From Craspedostauros australis (Eukaryota), in the NCBI GenBank assembly GCA_030167865.1, contig JALAGF010004940.1, positions 1 through 39,258 on the forward strand: a stretch of 39,258 nucleotides of DNA. The letters are read 5' to 3'. A model generated the notes under the pieces. That model was given only the letters and a program-made list of their open reading frames with translations. It was not told the origin of the DNA and made no database searches. Of this stretch, positions 29,507 through 39,258 are shown piece after piece (within the stretch, counting starts at the first letter, position 1; each line of letters opens with the position of its first letter). A program made the position numbers and the translations under genes.

Positions 29507-32500
29507 AGAGTTTCGTGATTGCGCTCTGTCTCTGCTTCTGCTGCAGTTGTGTCCGCTTTTGCACTTTTGCGCTTTTGTGGTTGTGGTTGTGCCAGCGGTC
29601 TTGGTGTGGTGACGATGATGACCTTCTGTGGGAAGAGTGAGTATCTTGTCCCGGTTCCGATTCCTGTTCTGATGTTTGTTCTTTCTTGCTGGCTGAGGTT
29701 GGTCGTTCCGAGAAGGAGAGAGAGCGATGTCAACGTCAACGTCGTTGTGAGGATCCCGTTTTGTCGATGCCTTTCCTACGCTGTTGGTTGTTGCCGAAGA
29801 CAGTCAAGATGGTGATGGTCTCTTGAGGATGCCGTTGTTGCAATTGATGGGTGTTGCAAGGATGAAACTGGTATAATTGTGATGACCTTGCGATGATGAT
29901 GGCGATCATGGACGCTCGATGAGATGTCGCTTTTGTTGTGCTTGGTGTGTGATTGCGATCAGGGCAACACAGAGTTGATCGCGTACCGTATTGCCAGTCG
30001 TGGTGTGTGGGCTCCACAACGAGACATTCGGTCAGGCCCATACCGTTCTGGTTACTTTTAGTGACGCGAGAAAATCGTGCGTCCGTGTGCGCACAGTGTG
30101 CAACGTACCTACCGTACTGCGTTCTACGTGCGACAGTCGGAACGTGTTATATTTTTCGAAGCATACGCCTGTTGGGGGCACAACGATGCCGAGAAATATG
30201 ACAATCACCATCTGCAAAGCGCCCAACGGTGCTCCATCTCATGTCGCAGGGCCTATCTTGTGCCCTATGTATTGTGGTCTTCTCGCCACTTATGGTGCGA
30301 CACACATGGGATCTTGGCATGAATGAAATGTGGATGTCCCGTGTGTCACGAATTCTTGAGAGCGAGGATGTTTGGTGTCACTCCGACTAGTCCGCAACGA
30401 TGGAAGCACAGAAATCGAGCCGTTCACCGGCGATGTTTGCGAAGACAATGAATTTGGCGGGATAGCGAGAGACACGACGAACGCAGGGCAAAAGATGACA
30501 CAAGACAAAAGGTGGGAAGCAAAAAGAGGCATGAACAAGAGACAAGACAGGATCGGCCAAAGGATGACCTGATCGAGGCCCGATGGTGCTTAGATGTTGG
30601 GGTTGTCAATGTCTGTGCTCTCCATCCATGCGGCATCCGCATCCGTGTACGAATGTTGTCGAGAGACGGAGATCTCGAACATGAATTGATTGAGCTGCAT
30701 CGCACCGCGTCATGGTTGTGGTCACGATCATAGTACCTTGTGTTCACAAGGCAAGATGGTTGGCGAAATGTCATCAGCCAAGACAGCCACAGAGTTGGAT
30801 GTGAGAAAGGCACGCCTCAATTCATCAGTTCTCGCGATTCTCCTCTCCTTGCTCCTCTCCACCTTCTGTTTCTCCCGAGACCACCTCTCACTCACTCATT
30901 CGCTCACTCACTCTGCCCAGGAGAGAGAGAGAGAAGCAAGACCAACTGTGCACCCGATCGCCAGAAGCGCTATAATCGGCCGAATGCCATGTCCTTCTTT
31001 GTCACGTTTGACATCATGACTATCAGACGGGGACAGCCGGAGAAGGATCAATGGCGGTCACAGCCCACCTTTCGATCTGTTCGCAATCCATCTCGTGACC
31101 AAAGGAGACGCTCCGCTCTTCGCTTTCGCGCTGCCGTTTTGGGAAAAACGAAGCAAAGGAGCGTCAGCCTGCCTCTCGCAATCCTTTGTCTCTCCCCATA
31201 CTATACTTCGTGCCACAGATCGCACGTGCATCCGTTGATGACAACGAGCGAATCTCCCCTCTGATCCTTTTGCCATCCACACGGCAACGATCCAGTGGGC
31301 GCAGACTGTGCTTCCATCGACCTTCGGGATCATCCCTGTTTGTTTCATAGTGCTCGGCATGGTAGTCTTGCCATTCTCCATTCCCACAACTCTGTTTGCA
31401 CGAGATTGACCTGCTGGATACCCATCATGGGATGAGCCGGTACCTGATCCCCTCTTGCATCAAGGATCGAAAACGCTTCGGTGTATTTAGTCCGGCGCTT
31501 CCGTCCTCGGATGCTTCATCGCCTCCTCTTGCTTTCACAGCCTCCTGTGGTTTCGTTTCTCATCTCCTTCGGATGGTTTGGTGTCTCGTCCGACCAGAGC
31601 GCGTGCATCGCTCTGCTTGCCATTGCGCAGTCCTCACATGAGGCGCGCCTCGTTGCAAGGGTGGCAGAGCCAGAGTATCTGTTGCTCGTGTCTGATCAAC
31701 TGCCAGACTTGCGCATCCATGGAAGCACCCAGACGCGGCATTCTCTTGACACTCTTGTCAACGAATACCATTCCAGACATCTTTGCTCTTCAGGAGTATC
31801 TCCTTGCCGATGCAAGAATAACGAGGGGCGAGAATCACCTCCAGCCCAAACATGGCAGCATGCACAACAGTTGAAGAGCGTTGATGCTCCCCGAAGATCG
31901 TGGAACAGATGAAGCCTTCCTTCCATCTACCATCATGCATACTCCTACATTGAATTGCTGCCTACGGTGCGCGGTGTACCATCCACGACACAGAAATGGA
32001 GCTTCGCGCATGGCGCCAAAAAGGAGAGTTGCACCAAAATGTCTCGCGTGACATGTTGCAGTCCCATCGTGACCCATGGATCTCGCGAACTTGGTTGTGT
32101 CGTGAGCTGACAAGAGGGCAATCACGTGAGGCACATGAGGCCATCGCTTGTGTGCAACTCAGGACGATTCGCCACAAGAGAGGAGGTGACCGATACCAGC
32201 AAAACAGAACCCTTGCGCACCGCATGGAGAGCAACAGCAACCGTTACAGCAACATCCATCTCCCTCTTTCTCTTCCTCTTCCTCTTCGTTGGCGACAATA
32301 GAACCAACACCTGACGAATAACAGCACCAGCAGCACCGTTACAAGCAACATCGCCGCTACAATCAATACCGACACCAGTGACCTTCGCTTCCTCTCTCTC
32401 TCTCTCTCTCTGCTCTAAACGGCGAAGGATCAGGCGATCTGGAGACAAGGCATCGCCCGATTTGCTCTCTTCCGCTCCCGTGAGAAGTGCTCGTATTGAG

Positions 32501-32633
32501 CACAGGAGACCAGCCTCCACAGCACAACAGAAAGCAACAGAAGCAAACCCAACGCGAGCCTGCTCACCGCATTCATCAATTGCCAGCAACGACACACTCA
32601 GCTACTACTATCATCACCATCAACAACAACAAC

Positions 32634-33716
32634 ATGACAGACATTCTCTTTGATGAAGAGATCATTGAGATCGAATACGATTCGGATGGCGATGAGCTGG
32701 TGGAGATCATCGAGGAGGTGTACGAGACAGACTCCGAGGGCAGCTACTACGAGGAGGAGGAGATCAACGATCTGCCTGCCGTGATGGAGGAGGAGGATGA
32801 AGAGTCGGACGGCGAGGACTTCAGCCTCAACCACCGATCCTTCTCCAGACGCCTCGACGAGGAGGCCAGCGAGGACCCCGCCTTCCACCGCAGCTTCAAC
32901 TCGGGCACCAACAACAGCGAGGGCGACGACAAGCACAACGATGCGAACAACAGCAGCTTCAGCAGCCGCGATGGAGGCAACATGAGCAATCACAGCAACG
33001 CGCACGACGACGGTGATGCGGATGGTGGCAAGCCAGCATGGGCCACGATGCGGCTGAAGAAGACATCGATGGGTCGCATGCTGGAGAAGGACGGCAATCT
33101 GGCAGCGCCCATCACCTTCACTCCCTTCAAGAACACGGACTTCAAAAATGGCGTCTGCAACCCGACCCTCCTCAAGAAGACGCCCAAGGGCAACCGCGTG
33201 CTCAACGGCGAGTACATTTCGGCGCCCATCACGCACATTCCCAAGAACACCAACTTCAAGAACAAGGTCGTCGATCCCACCAAGCTGAAGCACACCGAAA
33301 AGGGCGAAACACTCAAGAAGGGCGCCTACCTGTCCGCACCCATCACACACATTCCCCAAAAGAAGACGCAGCACAGCAACCCCATCGCCAGACCGGATAT
33401 CCTGCGTCCGACAGAAGAAGGCGAGCACGTGAAGAAGGGCGAGTACCTGTCCGCGCCGATCACCAAGATCCGCGAACACACGCAGAAGCAAAAGAAGATG
33501 AAGAAGAAGCTCGTCACGCGCAAGGTCAAGAAGAAATCGTTGGATTTGGAAGGTGAAGGGGCATTGCGGAAGGCAGGCGAGATGCTTGCCAAGGCCTCTG
33601 GGGCCAAGCAGCAACAAGGCGAGAATGCGGCGTCAGATTCCGAAATTCATGCGACGATGACGACGCTCAATTTAGAAACCAACGTCGAGCAGCCTGTGGC
33701 GCAGCCGGCCGCATAA
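32634..33716 (+). CDS. 39-aa-repeat protein 1 (acidic N-terminus, 4 APIT repeats, Lys-rich tail), 360 aa
   Basis: ATG follows a caacaacaac leader. KPAWATMRLKKT..GNLAAPITFTPFK; LLKKTPKG..ISAPIT; DPTKLKHTEKG..LSAPIT; LRPTEEG..LSAPIT. Confidence 0.9.
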   Translation: MTDILFDEEIIEIEYDSDGDELVEIIEEVYETDSEGSYYEEEEINDLPAVMEEEDEESDGEDFSLNHRSFSRRLDEEASEDPAFHRSFNSGTNNSEGDDKHNDANNSSFSSRDGGNMSNHSNAHDDGDADGGKPAWATMRLKKTSMGRMLEKDGNLAAPITFTPFKNTDFKNGVCNPTLLKKTPKGNRVLNGEYISAPITHIPKNTNFKNKVVDPTKLKHTEKGETLKKGAYLSAPITHIPQKKTQHSNPIARPDILRPTEEGEHVKKGEYLSAPITKIREHTQKQKKMKKKLVTRKVKKKSLDLEGEGALRKAGEMLAKASGAKQQQGENAASDSEIHATMTTLNLETNVEQPVAQPAA

Positions 33717-34781
33717 TCGTTGAAGGGGACGGCGTATCGTATCTATGACATGGATCCTTGGTGTCAGCAGAAACAAATGAGGCAATCGACTGATTTGATT
33801 AGCGTGGCAAACATGCGAGGAACGGGGATTTTCTGCGGTACCATCCAGATACGCATTGCCAACTGCCCCAAAGTGGATGCACAACGAGAGTCCCGCGATG
33901 GTGTGACGACAGATACGTCAGCATCGACAATTGAAACGTCGCGCGAGAGAGACAGGAGTTACGTACAAGCATCCATTGCACAAGGCAAACCACACGATGA
34001 TTGTTCAAAATTGCATTAATTTAGAGAAATGGATGTTTCATGCAATACTTGAGAGCATGCTATCGATCCCGACAGGTTGTCCATCACCATTGTTGTTGTT
34101 GTTATTATTATTGTTGCTGCATCTCGTGTTGTCCGTGTTGGAGCATTGGTGGGATTGAAGTGAGGCGTTGAGCATGCCAAAGCGTATGCAATCTTTTTGG
34201 CTCTTTTGTGTTCCGCCAACAACCCTTGACATCATTTCGCGGTGGTGTTGTCCGTCTCCATCATCGTCATCACCATCGTCACTGTCGTGATGTCTCGATG
34301 TCGGCTGCGCTTAAATGTTATCCGCACGTGACAGCATCCAATCGTGGTTGTTCTGAAAGGAATCTTGTGACCAAGAGGTATCTTGTGGAGATGACCATCG
34401 TTGTGGGAATGTTCGGATCCTCGTTTCCGATGCGCAAGGTAAGCAACGTGCCGAAGAGGCATGCCACCAACGGCGCCCTTCTTATCTCCCACGCAGGCGT
34501 CTGCTGCGTTGTGTGGGAGCGTGTGGTTGCTCTTGCTTGCGGAGTATGAGACATGAAGCAGTGCGAGACAGAGGGTCGATGGTCGATACGAACGCAGCGT
34601 GGTCGTTGTGGATGCTGTTAGTTGTGATGCAATCTGATTCAATGCGATGGGAGTTGTCATCGTGAGACATCTTCGTCGTGAGTTCTCATAAAATCGACGC
34701 ATCAACCTTCAAAAGAGCAAAATCAACACATCGCAACGCAACATCGCACCCATCACCACCACCAAACACAACAACACCAAG

Positions 34782-35564
34782 ATGTCAGACACCATAGAAG
34801 CAGAAATCGTCGACCATGGCGAAGAGGAGGCGGCCTTCGGCTGGGAGAAACCCGCATGGGCCAAGGGTGGCGTCAAGCTCCGATCAACAGGAAAGGCCGG
34901 AGCTATGAAGAAGGATGGCAATTTGGCAGCCCCCATCACCTTCACGCCATACAAGAGCCAGGACCACAGCAACAAGGTCGCCAACCAGGAGAAGTTGCGA
35001 TCCACGGGCGTCGGCGCCGCTGTCAAGTCCGGCAATGATCTCGCGGCGCCCATCACCTTCACGCCCTTCAAGAATCAAGATCACACCAACAAGGTCGCCA
35101 ATCAGGAGAAGTTGCGATCCACGGGCGTCGGCGCCGCTGTCAAGTCCGGCGAAGATCTTGCCGCACCCATCACCTTCACGCCCTACAAGAACGACGACCA
35201 CACGAACAAGGTCGCCAACCCACAGAACCTGAAGCACTCCGATGTCGGCGCCGCTGTCAAGTCTGGCGAGGATCTCGCCGCGCCGATCACCTTCACCCCC
35301 TACAAGAACGACGACCACACGAACAGGGTGGCAAATCCACAGAACCTGCAGAGAACCGATGTCGGTGCTGCCGTCAAGTCTGGGGAGGACATCGCAGCCC
35401 CCATCACCTTCACGCCCTTCAAGAGCGACGACCACACCAACCACGTCGCGAATCCAAAGAACCTCAGACAGACCACCGCTGGCCAAAAGGCCAAGACGGA
35501 TGGCAACCTCGCCATGCCCATCACGAATATCCGCAGCGTCCGGGCCAAGGACATCAAGCGGTAG
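34782..35564 (+). CDS. 39-aa-repeat protein 2 (6 APIT/MPIT motifs, 117-bp period), 260 aa, intronless
   Basis: WEKPAWAKGGVKLRST followed by near-identical units LAAPITFTP[YF]KxxDHxNxVANxxxL[RKQ]x[TS]xVGAAVKSGED. Confidence 0.92.
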   Translation: MSDTIEAEIVDHGEEEAAFGWEKPAWAKGGVKLRSTGKAGAMKKDGNLAAPITFTPYKSQDHSNKVANQEKLRSTGVGAAVKSGNDLAAPITFTPFKNQDHTNKVANQEKLRSTGVGAAVKSGEDLAAPITFTPYKNDDHTNKVANPQNLKHSDVGAAVKSGEDLAAPITFTPYKNDDHTNRVANPQNLQRTDVGAAVKSGEDIAAPITFTPFKSDDHTNHVANPKNLRQTTAGQKAKTDGNLAMPITNIRSVRAKDIKR

Positions 35565-36315
35565 GCTCATGGTCTGCCAATTTCGATACGGCACCATGCT
35601 CATGACGGCAACAAAATCCACAAGAAGTTTGCACACATCACAAAGACTGTACAGCATGAGAGGATGATGACGATGACGATGACGACGACCATGATGACAC
35701 AAGAAGGCGCAATTTGGTGACCTTCCAAGTCAACGATGACGAACGAGCCCAATGACGGGAATTCGCCACAAACATTGGCCGCATGGGCATCAACATGCCG
35801 TGCCGCACTCATCCGTCATCGTCGCTTAATCTGCCACTGCCACTTATTTTACGCACTTGATTATTCATATTTTAAGATTTTAGAGAATACGTCTTGCAAT
35901 TCGCAAATTCGGTCACCGCATTGGTTTGTCTCCAGCTTTCCATTTTGCGCTCTCTCTGTCTTTGTCTCTAGCCTGAAGCGTGCAACTAAGATCATGCAAT
36001 CGAACGAGTCAAAAAGGCATCCATCAGTGATGTCACAATGACCCTTTCTCGACAAAGATCTTCCCCTGTGCAAGGGACAAATGCCAAGAGAGAATGCCGG
36101 CGACAATGGTGCAAACCACCGCGGTTGCACGAAGAGCGGCGCGGATGGTGGAGGCAAAGAAAACAAGAAGCAAACATCTCACGAGGCGCAGCGGAATTCT
36201 GCCACGAACAGCAACACCCGCAGAGGAGGCGAAGGCACGCCATTGCACAACAACAGCAACGCAAGCCAAAGCAACGGCAACTACAGAACCGCAAGGAGTT
36301 CCGAGCGGAGGCACC

Positions 36316-37714
36316 ATGGCGGACGACGGATCAGAGTACGAATCCGGCTCGGAGTACGAGTCGGGATCCGAGTACGAGGAATACGAGGAGGACGTTGAGG
36401 AGTACGTCGAGGAGGAAGAGGACGAGCATGTCCCCATCCGCAACATCACAACCGGCGTCGAGCAGACCCGGATCTCCCAGCCACCACCGCAGCAGCAGAA
36501 GAAGGAGGAAGAAGAGGAAGAGGAGGAAGAAGACGATGGCCTGTGGGAGAAGCCGGCATGGGCGAAGGGAGGCATGAAGCTGCGAAAGACGGGCCTTGGC
36601 GATGCCATGAAGAAGGACGGAAACTTGGCCGCGCCAATCACCTTCACACCCTTCAAGAGCGAGGATCACAGCAACCAGGTGAGTGCAACGAGGATTGCGC
36701 ATTGGTCTCTTCATTGTGTGTTTGTATCTGCACAGCTCTGTCTAATGAGACCTCCGGTTCGGATGAGAAATGAGAATGCAGGTCTGATCCGAGATGTACA
36801 TCCTCAGCCACGTAGAGTATGCTTTCATCTCACCATCGTTCTCACCATTGTTTTCTGTCCACTGTTTACCGCCCAACATCTACACTGCCTCTTGCCAACT
36901 GTGTTCGCCTTGCGGTTGCCCGACTCCAACCATACACACTTCCGCACTTCGGCATCCAGGTCGCCAACCAAAACAGACTCCGCTCGACGGATGTCGGAAG
37001 AGCTGTCAAGTCCGGTGAGGATCTTGCCGCACCCATCACCTTCACACCATACAAGAACGACGACCACACAAACAGGTATGTTTCGATGCTCGGGCAATCA
37101 ATCAACAAGTGTTTTCCTGTCTCGAGGTCGTCGCCTGTCTCGAATGGGTAGTTTGATGCTGTTGCTTGTGCCATCTCTACTGCCCCCGTCGGCTCTGTTT
37201 TCTTGCGTCTCCAGAGCTGTGTGCAAATTGTGGAACTTCCCTTCCTGCTTGACAGGCCAACCACCGGGTTGTCGTTGAATAAACTTTGATGCCCCATGAA
37301 TCAATCCATGTACTGATCTCACGAATTTTCCACCTGCTTCTGGTGTTGTTGCTGCTGCTGTTGCACCCTGATCTTGATTGGACCAAACCGATGGAACGCC
37401 TCCATTGCTCTGCTCGACTCCGCTCCACTTTCATGCACTCCCACGTAATGATCCGCAGAGTTGCCAACCCCAGCAAGTTGCGCAACACCGATATCGGAGA
37501 TGCCGTCAAGTCTGGAGAGGATCTTGCCGCTCCAATCACCTACACGCCATTCAAGAATGACGACCACACCAACTATGTTGCCAACCCCACCAAGCTCAAG
37601 ACCACCCAGGAAGGTGAGTTGGTCAAGTCCGGCGGCAACCTCGCCGCCCCCATCACCCACATCCGCAAGGTCAAGAAGAAGAAGAAAAAGAAGAAGGCTG
37701 CCCCAGCCTCCTAG
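36316..37714 (+). CDS. 39-aa-repeat protein 3, three exons join(36316..36678,36960..37075,37459..37714), 244 aa
   Basis: Donors CAG/gtgagt (36679) and CAG/gtatgt (37076); acceptors atccag/ (36959) and ccgcag/ (37458). The spliced length of 735 nt restores a continuous repeat matching paralogue 2. Acidic N-terminus and poly-Lys C-terminus. Confidence 0.88.
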
Positions 37715-39258
37715 ACATTGTACACCAATCTCAACCATCATCCGCTGACTCGCTTGCTTGGTCGACTTGTCAGTTGAACCATGCAAGCGATCAGCCGGCA
37801 GCTCTTTGTCGACATTCTGCGTTGTTTGTGTGAGCATGATATGCATGCATTGCAGAAGATGAGATGGCTCTGCACCAGCCCTGGTCCCCAATGCGCAACC
37901 AACCAAAGAGGAGACACCAGCACGCGGACCATCAAAACAAGAGCCACGTCTTTAGAAGTTATCAGTTACTCCATTCGCAACCAGTCAGTCCCAATCACCA
38001 CAAGTCTCTGTAAAGATTTTATCAAAGTTTCCGCAGAACAGAGCATCTATGACACGGTTGCTGATGATGTCTCTTGTGCACATCACTTCCGCAGGTGATG
38101 CTCTGCTCGAAACCACATCCAGAGAGATGGGAATCAGGCATGTTGCGCAGCGCGGAACCACCCGTTGGGCCTAAATGTTGCGCTGTTCTGTCACGAGTCT
38201 GGATTCAAGTCAGCTTACTCGCACGTCTCCGCCAAGAGGTCTCCCGAGAGAGTGTTTCATGTCGTCCACTGATGCCCCAATGGCGATGCCACCAGTGATG
38301 CCAACTCTCTGGCTCCACGCTGCTGCTGTTGTTGTTGATGTCATCTATGCTGCCGTTGCATTGTCGGAGTGGCTGGGGAGGAATTGAGAAACACGCACGT
38401 CTGTGAACGCTGCAAAGACTTGTGCTCCGGCGATCCTCATTGCCCTTCTCGATGTCTTTATCTCTGCAGTATCATGGATGCGATCAAGAACCTTGCGCTG
38501 CGCCCAACAAAATGAATCTGTGAATCTGCTGCACACATCCTGCGTGATGAAGTGCGCACGAGGAAGAAGCAGAAAACACGTTCACCATCACCTCACTCGT
38601 TTCACGCACGTGATTTGGGTTGTACCGGTCATCATAAGACCCGGGTCAGTGAGTCGACCAGCCGTCGGTAAAGTAGAGTGGCACTTTTTCTTCGATTACA
38701 ACCAGACTAAGCATACAAACCTACTCATTATAGTCACCATAGCAACAGGAAAATTACCCAGAATCTTAAAGCCCATTTTTTAAGTTTTATGGACCATCCA
38801 ATATTTGGAATCGTTTGGGTCAAACGTAGTGTTCCACACTGTAGTTTTGCCGAAAGTTCTTTGCTATTCTGAGTTAATAACGGAAGGTGTCCATTCACGT
38901 TAGTGTCTCCAGCTTTTTCCTTCCTCCTCGTTCGTTTGGAACACGTTAAACAACGTTAGCTGNTGCGGAATCGATTGACATTTTGTGCTTGTCGGCATCA
39001 CACACATCATCACCACATGCGCACGCACACATCGTTGCCACGCAGACACAAAAACCACCGTCACATTTTTGCTTCATTCCCGAGGTGCCTCCGCCATGGC
39101 AATGCTTGTTGCATCTGTTGTGATGCAGTCGTATTGAGAGGAGTGAGAGTACAAATGACATTGGTGGTTGTTGTTTTGGCTGCTTCATCCAACACCTCCT
39201 TCGGCTTCCCCTGCTCCCCTCGCTTTCATTCATCGTTCTACAGTGCAATTCGTGCATC

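Noticed and set aside
34900-35540. Regularly spaced repeats as a CRISPR array
   Set aside because: The period is 117 bp, in frame within a CDS, with synonymous variation and no unique spacers; there are no cas genes and the context is eukaryotic
36094-37278. 394-aa unspliced ORF as the real product
   Set aside because: It reads through intron 1 into non-repeat sequence; the three-exon model restores homology with the paralogues
35927-38916. 13-bp match tgtctccagcttt at 35927 and 38904
   Set aside because: Too short and not extendable; may be chance
38946-39257. 103-aa minus-strand ORF at the window edge
   Set aside because: Low-complexity, UTR-like sequence with an N and no recognisable motif

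Overview
Eukaryotic genomic DNA: it has GT-AG introns, polyQ tracts and many microsatellites. Protein style suggests a stramenopile, probably a pennate diatom (inference; species not determinable here). Left to right: a hypothetical gene; a complete ~3.76 kb piggyBac-family transposon (1435-5197) with an intact DDD transposase, bipartite TIRs and CTAG rather than TTAA flanks; a decayed non-LTR retrotransposon 3' remnant; and two direct, diverged ~4 kb repeats (6439-10648 and 15125-18937). Each repeat encodes a ~910-975 aa P-loop NTPase plus PD-(D/E)XK-like nuclease protein resembling Crinkler/RHS-type effectors, and together they bracket a bacterial-type FabI enoyl-ACP reductase and a hypothetical gene. 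Next come a SAL1/HAL2-type 3'(2'),5'-bisphosphate nucleotidase and two long disordered proteins sharing an RPxxW[IL][ST]P motif. The window ends with a tandem cluster of three paralogues built from a 39-aa repeat (LAAPITFTP...L[KR]xT) resembling beta-thymosin/WH2 actin-binding repeats. All family assignments are from motif recognition by eye; no searches were run.
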